64,000 nucleotides of DNA, taken from the NCBI GenBank assembly GCA_965649825.1, contig OZ287699.1, forward strand, positions 1,394,477 through 1,458,476. The letters run 5' to 3'. The position numbers and the translations under genes were made by a program. This DNA comes from Penicillus capitatus (taxonomy: Eukaryota; Plantae; Chlorophyta). Below the pieces are notes generated by a model. The model saw nothing but the letters and a program-made list of their open reading frames with translations, did not search any database and had not been told where the DNA came from. This document shows positions 11,514 to 23,254 of this stretch, piece by piece (the first letter of the stretch is position 1; each line of letters begins with the position of its first letter).

Positions 11514-14500
11514 TTAGTTATTTCGGTCATTTCTGAACAGGGCGCGTTGTGTGCGTGCACACTTGCTGCAGTACCATTGCGTCTCATTGCCTCGGCCACC
11601 ATACATGCAAGCACGATGGATCGTGGCATCGCAATTTAGACCACTGCATTCAATCAGACGACCACCAAAGCCACAGACACGGCATCGTGCCTCTTCATTC
11701 GTGCTTCCCTGTTCATCATCGCTGTCTTGAGCGACTTCATAGTCATCGTCTGTCACATCATCCAATCGATTCGAATCCGAAATCTCGGAAAGCGTCCCAG
11801 ATGACGAAGAGCCTTCGGCGATCACGTTCGGGACATTTGCAGGAATGCCTCTTCGGGTGTGACTCCGTGTGACTCTCCAAGGAACAGCATCGAAGGCAAG
11901 CATATCTGTTGTCTGATTGACATCCTCCGATGTCTCGTGTTTCTGCTTGATCTTCTTCGTCGGTGCTGCAAAGTCGCTACTGGTGGTCGATTTTTCAGAA
12001 GTGCTCTTCTCTCCACGCTTTCTCTTTGCCTCAGCTGCCACCTGTTGTGCTTTGCTTTTGGCTCGAACGAGTGGATCGATGATCTCTCTCAAGGTGGCTA
12101 CGTAGAGTCCCAGTTCCGAAAGGGACATGTTGGAAGAAACATCGAAACTCTCCAGATGCGCCGTAAGTTTCATTTGCGTCTTGCCGTTCTGTTTTTCTGT
12201 TCCATCTTGAAAGACTCTCTTCAGCACGTCATTCAGTTCAGAGAGAAAGGCAAGCATGGCTTCTGCTGTGGCAATGTTGCTGAGTTCTATTCGTCGTGTC
12301 TTGATTTCATCCTGAATCTCGGGTTCAGCTACAGACGCCACACCTCCAACAACCTTGTACAGACGGTTAACCATCATCTAGAATGAAGAGCACGTGGAAA
12401 TGTAAAAAGCCAAATAGAGATCGACTTTGAGTGCACAGGAGATGTGCTCGTGTTTGAGTTTCTCGACGGGAGCACGGCTCTGTTTTTTGCTTGCCTTGTG
12501 GAAAGACTCCAGCTCTGCACAAGGGACACCTCTTGGAACATTGTTCACATCGAAGGAAAATTCTGCAGGTGCCAAACAGATACATAGATTCTCATAGTCT
12601 CTCTTCAATGCCTCCATCAGTTGCTTCTCGCGAATGCCTCGCAAATTCAGACCCGACATCACTCGATCCAGATCCTCTTGGCCACGAAGACACCTACATC
12701 CATACATCATCATGCGATATATCTTCTCTCGCGGCCTTGCCGAATGTGGGTTTGTTCAGGATTGATAACACAAAGGCTTTCTGGAAGAGAAGGAAACCAG
12801 TAATACTCGTTGCGATGGCGATCGAAACCGATCGGCTCGCAACGAACTTTACAGCGCTCTAGTTGCTCTTCCAGCGAAGCCAGTTCATTCTGAGCAATCG
12901 CCTCTTTATCCTCTTCTGTCGCCCCTCTACGTCTCAGATGTCGCTTCCCACTCTCTCCATTCTCAGTGACGGTCCTTTCGCCGTCCTCTACAGAAAAAGA
13001 TCGTCTGAGATCTGTTTCTGAACGAAAGGGACTGGATATACGCTCTTGATTTGCGCTGTTGTTGGTGGCTGCCGTTTGTGTCTTGCTCTTCGGTTTATTC
13101 ATTTCTCTTCGAATCTAGGGGAATGCATGTCTCCAGACAGCAAGGGCCAAAATTAACGGACTTTAGTAATAGCAGACTCGAGATGCTTTGCCTCGGAGAG
13201 ACGCGCATCGGTGGACTGTCTGAGCATCGCAGAAGACGACACGTACATCACAAGTGCCGAAAGTATCTTCAAGTGCAATTCGGGAGGGAGTTCCAAAAAT
13301 AGTGTCATCTCATCTCCCTTCTCGTGCTTCTGTAATGCTACACCATCAGCGGCAATGCAGGCGGTCGATGACGTCACTCATGCACGAGCGGACGGACCTT
13401 CATGAATTTGCCGGATAATGTCATGCTCCTGTTGGTGAGCGAAATAAAATTTGAGAATCTCCGGCCACGTGTAACCATCCAACACGGCATTCCACTGTCG
13501 CATATCTGGTGGTGCATCTGATAACTTCATCTGAGAGACACAGAGATAGAGAACGTCATTGTGTCGATCTGAATCGAGGAACGGAGCTACCGCTTGATGA
13601 ATGGCTGTTTTCAGAAGAGCCTGATATGTGTTCTTTAGCAGCGAGGAGTCCAGCGGCCAGCATAAGCTGTACATGAATTCTGCCACAGTCAGATCCGCAA
13701 TGACAGGTCGATCATCCAGCTCCGCTCCAAACATCGAAAGAAACTCACAGACGGCCAATGCATCAAGCATTATTTCCGACTGATGATGAGGATCTGGTAA
13801 AAGGGGGCCGTTCAGAAGAGCTTCTTTATGTCTGTGATCATCCGGTGTCAAATCCAAGTCTTCAATCGGGTAGCGAGCAACCGGAGGCTTGTGAGGAAAA
13901 AGGCGTTTCTTGCTCTGCAGATCTTTCCCCTTGTCCTGCGCATCATTGAGGCGTTGGTTTCGCTCTTCTTGTCGTTTCTGTTTTTCTTCCTCTCTCTTTT
14001 GACGGACAACCTTCTGACGCTCGGCCATCTTCCTCTTCTGTACGCATTTGTAGCAAAGATAAGGGTATTTGATTCCGCCACCGCCTTCTTCTTGTGACAC
14101 ATCTCGCATGGCTGCATCATACTCTTCAGCACAGACAGCGTGAATTGCAGAAGGGCACCGATCGCAGAACACAAGTGGAGAATTGTCGGGGTGCTTTGCC
14201 TGTCGGCACACAGCTTAAACAACCCCACCAAAGACGGAGATTTCTGTCTCACCTTAAGGCACTTCATGCAACGTCCGTTATTCCGTGGACAATCTGCTGC
14301 ATCTTGCTCATCTGTCCAGGAGATCAACGTCCAGATCGAAGGCGTATTCGTCATCGCTTACTTGTACTGAGCTCTCTCTTCTCGTTCTCTGCCTCGTCTT
14401 CTGCAGCTTTGACGTAGGAAGCCAAAGCGTAGTGTCCATGTTTCGGAAGCTTGACAAACGCTTTGTCATGATTAAGCAACGAGGCAATGCAGTTTCTCGC

Positions 14501-15684
14501 AGAACTGTCAGCCCATGTCGTCTGGATCTTGCAATCTTTGAGCCTCTGATGCAGGTAACTGATGCTCGCGCCATTAGCACCGACCCACTTGAGTGTCTGT
14601 ACATGTTTGCCAAGCCTCGTACTTTTTCAGAGAGAACTGGAGAATCGGACGCACCTCATAAATGGTGTGTTTCACAGTGCCCGGTATTTTCTTGGCATCT
14701 GATTTCGGTTTTGTCTACAGAAGAGATTGCCTTTAGTGTGAGATACACAAAGAGGCATTTCACATGGTCGCTGTCTTTTGCTGAAGATCTCCTCTTCTTC
14801 CCATCGCTTGTCTGATTTCCACTGTCCACAGCCAGAACACCTTCCAATCCATCTGTCAGTGTCACTCTATGAGATTCAGAGCAGTGAGAGTGTGAGAGAG
14901 AGACCTGGTTTTATGGCAGATACGATGCTTCGCGCTTCATTGCGCAAGAAAGGCCCAAGGAGTTGCAAATCCATGTCAACAGTTGGTTGCATGACGGCTG
15001 ATGTCAGGGTCATTTGCAAACAGGGTGGTGGTTTTGTCAAGGGCTCCTTCTGCAAGGCCACATCCTGTCATGACATGACTGCTCACTGCTGCAGGCGGAT
15101 GGCAAGTAAGAATGGACCTCTTCTGTCCTCTGGGCATTTTCACTGGCGACCGCTTGGAGGTAAGAGAGGCCAGATCTCGACGTTCGTGTACAAGTCCATG
15201 CAGGTTCGCGATAGAGTCGAACTTTCTGCAGATAGAGCCTAGAAGGGCGAGAAAGATGGATTTTTGGATCGGCATTTGAGAGAGGTCGGTCAACGGGCAA
15301 TGAGAGGAAGCGCGGGGAGCGAGGTGGCATGACGGTTGGTTTCACGACGGCTTTCGGCGAAGAGAGGGCGAAAACGACGCCATGCGCTCCACCCGCAGAC
15401 ATGTCCTTCCAAAAGATTCCGCCGACCATGTGACGGGTGGAATTTTCGAGTCGGAAGAAAGACAGCAGCGGCGAAAGAAAGTTGCCAGAAACGCGACGCC
15501 GAAACTCGCAAAACATGACACGAGTACCGCGCAGGGCGTATTTGTAAGCGCAGCTCGCATTGACTTACTCGTAGTCGAGGAAGACTTCACCCGTCGTGCG
15601 AATAACCCACACTTCATGATTACGTTTGAGACCGGGGGGAAGCTGCTCCGTTGGACGATAGGGTTGGCCTTTGAGTAATGGCAT
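11514..15684 (-). CDS. ISWI-partner chromatin protein: WAC, HARE-HTH, PHD, DDT, WHIM, PHD (ACF1/RLT-like), multi-exon
   Basis: WAC MPLLKGQPY...EVWVIRTTGEVFLDYE; HARE-HTH-like GTVKHTIYE/TLKWVGANG...IASLLNHDKAFVKLPKHGHYAL; PHD CMKC..CDRC..HAVC..CYKC; DDT LAVCEFLSMFG; WHIM PIGFDRHRNEYYWF and LNLRGIREKQL; C-terminal PHD CRVC..CSGLNC..HRAC..CSKC. Confidence 0.85.
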
Positions 15685-17121
15685 CGTATCTAAGCGACTC
15701 GCGTTGAGAGGTGAACAATGTCGCTTCGCATTGGTCAAGACAAAATGTCTGTCGATAAGCGGAATGAAAGAACAGCAAGCGCAACGCAAAACGTCGATGA
15801 TCGCACGTGCCGTATACACGATGGAAAGACCGTAGACAATGCCCCTTTGATGCTAAGGCTCCCGCTGAGGGCCATCTCGCTTCCGTGGCTGCTCTGTTTT
15901 ACCGGACATGTACGAAAACGAAGTGTTTGGATGTCTGCAAACGATTTGGCATTGACGACGAATCGTCCAAGAGAAACAAGCGTCGCACGTGGATTCTCGA
16001 TATGAGCCCATGTGGTTTATGGAAAAGCCAGGCGCGGTCCGTAATCTTCTTTCGTCTCACATCTAATCCTCCACATAGTTTTCTCTTGTGATACACGCAC
16101 GTCATGGGCAAATGACTGACGAGAAGTATGCCAACATAGCTGTAGACGTCGAGCATATGCAAAAGCGTGTGAGAGCGGAGCCTTTCCGGTTTATTCTTCG
16201 CATGGCGACTTCAAATCCATATCATGAAACTTTACGTGGCTTTAGCCATCGTGCTGGTGCCGCTAAGCGTATGCATTGAATCCACTTTGTAGATAGCTCT
16301 TTCAGGAGTGGCGAATTGGAGACGCGAAGACCATGCATTGACTCTTCGACTACCATGTCTGCGACTGCCTTTTTCAATTCCTCGACGATGCTCAATAGGA
16401 ATGGCCAGGCAGCTGAGGAAAGAGTACGGCGAAGGCAGAGGTTTTGGTATTCGATACTGCTGTACCCTTTCGGGCGCTGAGAAATCTCGAAAGTTGTCTA
16501 GAAGGAGAAAAAAATGTACAATCTCTTCTAAGTTTCAACGGTTGCTACTCTTAGGAAACGCACGAGAGCGATCTGGTCCAGTCGCCGACAAAATACGGTT
16601 AGGATCTGTTTGTCGATGCTTTTACAGATGTCATCGCGCTTCTCTGCTTTGACACAAGACGGCAAAGAACCCCTGGCCTCTTTGCTTCTTTTACCTGAAA
16701 GCACTCTTTCGCAGTTATGCTTTCATGAGTAACTCGTTTTCGTCGTCGACATCCAAAATGAAGTGGACAAGAGTGGGGCATGTAGACGAACAGTTCAAAC
16801 CGACGCTGGCCATTATTATAAATCTGTGTCCTTATGTCTTACAGTTCGACCATAGGTATGTTCCACTTATTTGTGGCCGAACTCTATTCCCGCAACTCGA
16901 TAAGCGTTAAAAGCGATCAAAAGTGGAACACTTTACATACAGAGTGACTCAGAAGTGTCTATCTCGTCCGTCAGTTGTGCGGCGCTTTATTTTTTTGCTC
17001 TTGATCAAGATGCGGTTAGATAAATAAACTCTCCTCGGCAGCTGTTCAAAGACCTGACGCTTTTACACAAACAAACAGATCTTCACTTTTGCAAGGCTTC
17101 TTCCTATTATTCTTCGTCGTC

Positions 17122-18225
17122 CTAATACTGTTCCGATATGAAGTTATAGCCTAAGAGCTCGAAATCCGTCCGGAAATGCTTTTCTACTTCTTGCACACAT
17201 TCTGGGTTTTCTGTATACAGTGACACAGCATAATGATCGCGGTGATTTGCATTTCTGGTACGCAGATGGTCTGGTATCTTGAGATCTGGTAAGCTTGACG
17301 GTTTTCTCTTGTTGATCTCGTCCAGCACAGTCTTTATGTCTCTGTGAAGGAATTCTGTTTCTCCGACAAAATCAACAGCAGGTAATCCTTCCTGTGTGAA
17401 AAAGCAACTGGATTGCTCCATGATGTGATGAACGTGGTGGTTAAACCAGTTCAGTCTGGTCTCATTGAAGACCTTAAAGGCTTGAAGAAATGGCTCGTGA
17501 CAAGCTTCTTCGAAAGGGATTCGTTCCTCATTTACTGTCAGGCCTTTGATGTATGTGTAACTGCTGCCGTATCTCGAATAGGGATTTCGAATGAATCCAA
17601 ACACGAAGTAGTCATCCCAGTACTGCTTGGCTTCCTCTAGACTGGTTGTCTTGTTCTCGTACCAACGCTCAGAACAAAACTCCATGCTGATGTTCTTGGG
17701 TGTCAACCAGTGGTCGCCGCAGATCCACCCAAGCGGTTCGCGGATAGTCGTCCCGCCCACCTTCTTTCCCTTGATCCAGATGAACCGGTAGGCGTGATTG
17801 ATGTGCACCAAACATCCTGGAAGCTGCATTGGCGGCTGAGCGATCTCGCAGAACGCCCCAGTGTGCTTTATTCGAGATACTGCCCAATTCAGCGTCTTAC
17901 TCCGGCGCAGTTTCTTGAATTCAGGCCTCCAGTTTAAGGGATTCAGCATGCCAGTTTTGTTTTGGAAGCCTCTAACTGTGGGTCGCATAGACAGAGCTTC
18001 TTCTATTGTTTTATTGCTATATTCGACTTCTGACGAAGCAGATTTCTGCAAATGGATACTGCAATTGATATTGTTCCAGACTACCCAGCTCGATGTGTTC
18101 AAGACCCGATGGAGCGAAGTCGAGGCGAGGAACTGAAGCAGAATGTATAGCAACGACAGAAAGACAGCGAAAATACCCAATCTAGTCGTCCACGGATAAG
18201 ACAAACGTGTGTTTCGGAGGCCCAT
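17122..18225 (-). CDS. Golgi type II membrane sulfotransferase (Sulfotransfer_2-like), paralog 1, intronless
   Basis: N-terminal TM, 5'-PSB-like WIKGKKVGGTT, 3'-PB FGFIRNPYSRYGSSY, DFVGETE, DFELLGY. First ATG at 18225. Confidence 0.88.
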   Translation of the reverse strand: MGLRNTRLSYPWTTRLGIFAVFLSLLYILLQFLASTSLHRVLNTSSWVVWNNINCSIHLQKSASSEVEYSNKTIEEALSMRPTVRGFQNKTGMLNPLNWRPEFKKLRRSKTLNWAVSRIKHTGAFCEIAQPPMQLPGCLVHINHAYRFIWIKGKKVGGTTIREPLGWICGDHWLTPKNISMEFCSERWYENKTTSLEEAKQYWDDYFVFGFIRNPYSRYGSSYTYIKGLTVNEERIPFEEACHEPFLQAFKVFNETRLNWFNHHVHHIMEQSSCFFTQEGLPAVDFVGETEFLHRDIKTVLDEINKRKPSSLPDLKIPDHLRTRNANHRDHYAVSLYTENPECVQEVEKHFRTDFELLGYNFISEQY

Positions 18226-19459
18226 ATGTGAAAGACGCGCAAATGAAGTCAGCAAGACGGTATTCTGTTCATCGTTGTCATTTTGTAGCACATCAAATGG
18301 AGGTTAGAGATTGTCATCAAATTCTCAGGAAAACACTTTTCGGCTAAAAACAATGCATGACGCACAAACGACCCCATTCCGAAAGAAACAATAACCGTTC
18401 GCTTAAGGTTGCCATCCTAAATCACAATGCAATAGATCATTGTACAATAGGATCGGAGGAGGACTGAATGCCAAAGTTCATCGTCGATTCTTCTCGACTA
18501 AATGCGTAAAAACAATGTTAAAGGGAGAAGAAACCAGATTGGTATGAGCTTTTTGAAGATGGCGTTGTGCACTTGTGGCTGCTGATCGTGTAAGAGGCAC
18601 CTGAGAAACCTTCAGGGCAAATCTGACAGCGTCATTTTCTCGTTGCCAGACGAAGCCACATCTGAAGGGTTATGTCATTTCCGCCGCTCCCCTCCACCTG
18701 TCCTTTCTCGGCACTTTCAACGAAGTCTCCCCCTATCATGGCGATTTGAAGAACGCGCTAATAAATCTAATGATGTCATTCTGCTGTCAGAAGAACAGGG
18801 CCGTCACGATGTGACGTGTCTTGTTATCCAAGGGGTTTGTCTCCGAACGGGGCGCTTACACGACGTATCATGTCACCTGTGACATATAAAGACATGAACG
18901 TAGACCCGTGTGAGCCTTTTGCTCTGTCATACGTGAAGCTTTTCGCTAACATCTGAAATGGACGAGGTCAGTGACTTCGTTACATATGCACAGAAGCAGC
19001 TCCATAAGCGCGACACCGCGCGTAAACTACGTCAAGTTGGAGCACCTGACCTGATACAAACGGACCAGTCGCAAATTGACCCCGACTCACGCAATTCATA
19101 TGTCATCTGCATGATTGGCATCGGAATGAGGCGCGTCTCCGTCGTGATTTGGCTCAAACTGCGTTTTTTCTGAGCACACTTGTGCGGTCGGCCACGAACG
19201 TTTTTCTCCGGCGTTGTTCCCCTGCACGAGACCGGAGATCTGCCGTGAATTCTACGATTCCAATATCGCTAAGATTTTGATTGGCGATGTGGCTGCCTTG
19301 TTATCAATGAGTCATCTGGTGGAAAGGGTGCCTGTTGTCACGTCACATGGGCGCATTGGCTTCAAAGAGGGTTGACGGGTGGACGTAAACAGTTTCCGGC
19401 CCGCGGCCCGGACACGTCGCAGCTTCGCGACGTGACGTCCGTCCGTGGGCGATCAGGGG

Positions 19460-19465
19460 TATAAA
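19460..19465 (+). promoter_or_regulatory. TATA box with upstream GGCCC and ACGT-core elements; no recognised downstream CDS
   Basis: GGCCCGCGGCCC, ACACGTC and GACGTGACGTC within 70 nt upstream of GGTATAAAGAC, followed by a CT-rich leader-like tract. Confidence 0.4.
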
Positions 19466-20779
19466 GACAGTGCGTGCCCCGACCTGTAGTCTTCGCGTTG
19501 ACTCGTGTCTGTTCTCCGTTTCTCGGGACGCGTCTGCGCGACCGCGGCGCAGGTCTCTCTGAAGATTCCCGTCAAGGGTTCTTTTCTTTGGTTCTAGCAG
19601 TGTAGTGACTCATCTGCCTGGGGACGTCATGTCACAACGCGAGTATTTAACGGTCTATCTGCATCACTCGAGACCTTGCTCCGAACAACTTGTAAGAATT
19701 CCGCTTGAATCGTTTTCGCTGCGCGGCCGACCGGCGACAGGCGCAATCTTGAGTTCCACATAAAGACCATCCATACCAAAGATCGCAAAGTGGACGTCAA
19801 GCACTACCAAGAGCTCACCGACTTGTGACATTCCCAATGTTCGACGAGAGATCACCTGCTCGAATGTACGGGACACGTAAACCCGGTACCCATAAGGATG
19901 TTTACAACCATGGAAAGAAAAGGTTATCACACTCAATGACTTTTATGAATTCAGAGCATTCTTATGTGGTTTTCATCTCCGAAACAGCCCTTGGCTCGAA
20001 AGGCATACCTTTATGTGCATCTTCATGTAAATTTCCAATTATGATGACGATGAATACGTCCAGTCATCAATTGTTTAGCATGCATTGCCAGCTTTTGTCG
20101 AGTGACCCGTGTGAAGAACGCAATTTCCATCGTGTGACTTCATGGGTGAAGTTGGCAGCCGGTTTATGCCGGAAAGACCAAAGAGATCTCTGCAGACAGA
20201 GAAGGCGACGACCACAAGCTTCCCCCTCAGGACAACGCTGTCGATGGTATTAGCATTCGTCTGCCCTAAGCTGTCCGATGCGCTGTCGTTACGCTTTGTA
20301 TCAATACGTGTCCCGTCAAAAGCCAAGTAAAGGCCTTGTCTTCTGTTCTCTTGACCGCTCACGGGGCGAGTTCAGTGTTACAAATAGATAGATAACGTGG
20401 GAGCGAGTCTCTTTGTTTCAGTCTGTTTCTACTGAAGTCCACATTTACACAATGTTCGTGATGAACATAAGCCGTGGATGCTTGGGTCACGGGCTCTGAG
20501 AAACAATTAACTCGGGTAAGCAAAATGGACCAAGGCAAAGGAAGATGAGCCAAATTGCAAAGAACAACTTGGCTCATATCAGACAGTTTTTTATCATCAT
20601 GCAAGGCATGATTGACACATCAAAGCCAAAATATCTTATTATCAGAACAGCACAGGAATGACGGTCTTAACTAACTCTTATTGGATCTCTGACTACACCC
20701 TCTGTTTCAGCAAAACCCAAGACATCGTTTCAAACAATCGATGTTCTCGGCACTGCAAACACCCGACCAACTATGCGAT

Positions 20780-21161
20780 TTTATTGTCAATCGCACTCGA
20801 CAACGATCAAAGAATGCCGACTCCGGTACACTTGTTATAATCAACTGCTTCTTTATCTGCATCTTCGGCCTCGACCTTAATGACATGTCTCCCGTAAGGA
20901 TCTTTCCTTTTAGAGTTCGATGCTTGCAAAAACAATGTCAAGGAACTCCGTAACGATTGGCAGCTTTTCTAAAAGGTGGACTGACACGGAAAGGCCGGTG
21001 TGTTTAAAGACAGCACTGACGACAGCTTTGTTCGGAACAGTAATGACGAAAGTCTCGCGGACTCCGGAACTCAGCGACAGAAATGTGTGACAGGGTACCG
21101 AACATGAACAATATTTCCTCATTTTGGAAATCTCGACATGATGTGAGGCTTGTATGAACAA
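20780..21161 (-). pseudogene. Degenerate second DUF6174-like copy
   Basis: HVEISKMRKYCSC...TFVITVPNKAVVSAV...LPIVTEFLDIVFASIE aligns with the upstream gene (YQMTITRQCFC...FTLTVVNKA...VPTIEELFALIQDAI). It is bounded by in-frame TAA codons and has no ATG or signal peptide. Confidence 0.55.
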
Positions 21162-21206
21162 TTATTCTTTTCGGTCTACTCAATCCATCTTCTGATCGCA
21201 AAGGTA

Positions 21207-21895
21207 TTAAGGGAACAAGAAATCGTTGTTCCACGGTTTGAACGGCAAAGGTGAATAATTATTGGGATGGATCTGAGGAATGTCGAATGTCAATTTGCCT
21301 TTTTTCAGTACCATGACATCTTTAACTTCATACCCTATCTCCTCATCGGCAATGCGGAAGTCCTGGTCACAAGAGATGTATCTGTAAGAAGAGATTCAAT
21401 AGTCATGGCAAATGGTTACCCGATCGATGTAGACATTTGTCGGAAAACCGAGCGTTGCATCATAGCTAACAGTCAATTTGGCAACCTTGTCATTGATAGC
21501 GTCCTGGATTAGAGCAAAGAGTTCTTCAATGGTTGGCACGGAATCACTGAATTCGTTGTCTGGATTGATGTTGGCCACCTACGTAAGAAGAAAAGTGACG
21601 AGGTGTTTCTAAGGGGCAAGCTAGAGACCGCTTTATTGACGACAGTGAGAGTGAATGGCCCGAGAGACTCGACAATGCAGAAGCATTGACGGGTAATCGT
21701 CATTTGATACGAGGAACCACCGACGTTGGTTTTCCAAAGCAATCGGTTTTGGCCAAGTTCAAATTGAAGCACTTTGAAGTCCGGTGCGTCTGGAGAATCT
21801 GGAACTGGGTCGAGGGGTTTTTCAGGTAATAAGGCACGAACTCTGGTGCCCAGTACCAGCAACGTCGACAAACACAGAAGCTGTCTGAACATCAT
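21207..21895 (-). CDS. Secreted DUF6174-like protein (bacterial-type family), 3 exons
   Basis: Signal peptide MMFRQLLCLSTLLVLGTRVRA; motifs W...YQMTITRQCFC...GPF, PTIEELF, V.YD..LGFP...IDR/DFRIADEEIGY match my recollection of the DUF6174 consensus; two GT-AG introns. Confidence 0.75.
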
Positions 21896-22088
21896 GGTAA
21901 GAAAAGCGCTGTCTTGTTAAGAAGCAGTAAAAGGACTGATAACAAATGGTCGTTTCTCGTTTTGTCCGACAACTGACTACTCAATTTGATTCTCTTCAGG
22001 TCATGTCGCGAGTGGACGCGACAGGATTACCGTCGTTGTTTGCTCCAACTGTCCGATCTGTCTTGCGTGGTCGGAGTCTCTTGCGACA

Positions 22089-22939
22089 ATGGCGCTGCTG
22101 TTCGTTCGTTCATTGAATCGACTCTGTGCACCTCACACCTCGCGTCTCGTGGCGACGCCTCTGCAGTCGAATTCGAGTGGAATGCTACTCACCGAGCGGG
22201 CTTCTACTGTTGGCAGCCTTCCAGCTGGACACGAGAACTCGGATCTGAGGGATGTGATGTGCAATATCCGACTGAGTCGGATGAGAGACATCACGCTGAG
22301 ACGAGATGTCTCCCTCTATGAAGAGGGGAAGCCAGTTACACTTGCTTCCATCTTCAAAGTCTTCTCGATTTCGATTTTGGTCCATCTCGAGTTGTGCCAA
22401 GCGTTCAGGGAAGAAGGACGCTGTTGGTTGGAGTACCTGGTGGAAAAATCTGCTGTCAACAACACCTGCCAGCCTATCTCGATAAGGTTCAGCTGCGCAT
22501 CCAACAGAAGGTCTCTGACAAAGAACGTTTCCATAGGCCAATGATTTGACGAAGAACAAACTGGACAAGATTGTCTGCGTTTTCTCGACGAGTGATGCTG
22601 AATTGGAGAAGCTGATGAAATCTGCAGACAAGACAAAAGTGCGATCTGCTGTCGAAGGGCATAAAAGACGCAGAAATGTAGGTCTGTTTCTTCGAAGATC
22701 GAGATCTGACGTTTGCACGAATGCTGGGTCTGGAGCGAAACGATGGACCCAAAACTCAGAGATTCGCAGCTGTGGTGAATGATGGCCTGTTGCTTCGGAT
22801 GGTGCGTGTAACGGCTCTGCAAAAGGCGGTGCGACGGGCTAATTCTCTGTAGAATGTTGAGAAGCATCCACGGGAAGTGAAGGAGACGAATTACGATGTC
22901 TTGTTGGATGTTTGGAAACAGTTCTGCTCGAAGCCCTGA
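22089..22939 (+). CDS. Atypical type II peroxiredoxin-like (PrxIIF/Prx5, redoxin fold), probable mitochondrial presequence, 5 exons
   Basis: Spliced product VTLASIFK/GRRTLLVGVPGGKICCQQHLPAYLDK/ANDLTKNKLDKIVCV.../VCFFEDRDLTFARMLGL...KTQRFAAVVNDG.../NVEKHPRE; four GT-AG introns; TGA at 22937-22939. Confidence 0.8.
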
Positions 22940-23254
22940 TCCCATAACGTCGCCTTTCTTCCATTTTATCCTGTTACAGCATTCTTGCTTAGTACTTACC
23001 ACTCTCTGTGTTTTCTGTGTATACTGATAAGGGAATCAGCATCGCATGACGACCCTTCTCTGAGACGATTGATGTGAGATCGCAGCAGTAAATTCTTTTG
23101 TCGTCCTGATTCTGTGTCGACAATGCGCTCCCGCGTGCAACGAAGAGCTTGATTGGCGAGTTTACATACGACTCGCAGTTTCAGTGTGTATCCGTGATTC
23201 GATGGAAGGGAGTCGCTGCATTTTATGGCAGAGTCATTCGCATTTTAAAGAATC

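Noticed and set aside
15718-17100. Possible small genes on either strand between the ACF1-like gene and sulfotransferase 1
   Set aside because: Competing short ORFs overlap on both strands with no recognisable domain; unresolved without RNA data.
20040-20130. ATGATGA C-box-like motif suggesting a C/D snoRNA
   Set aside because: No matching CTGA D box at a suitable distance and no terminal stem seen.
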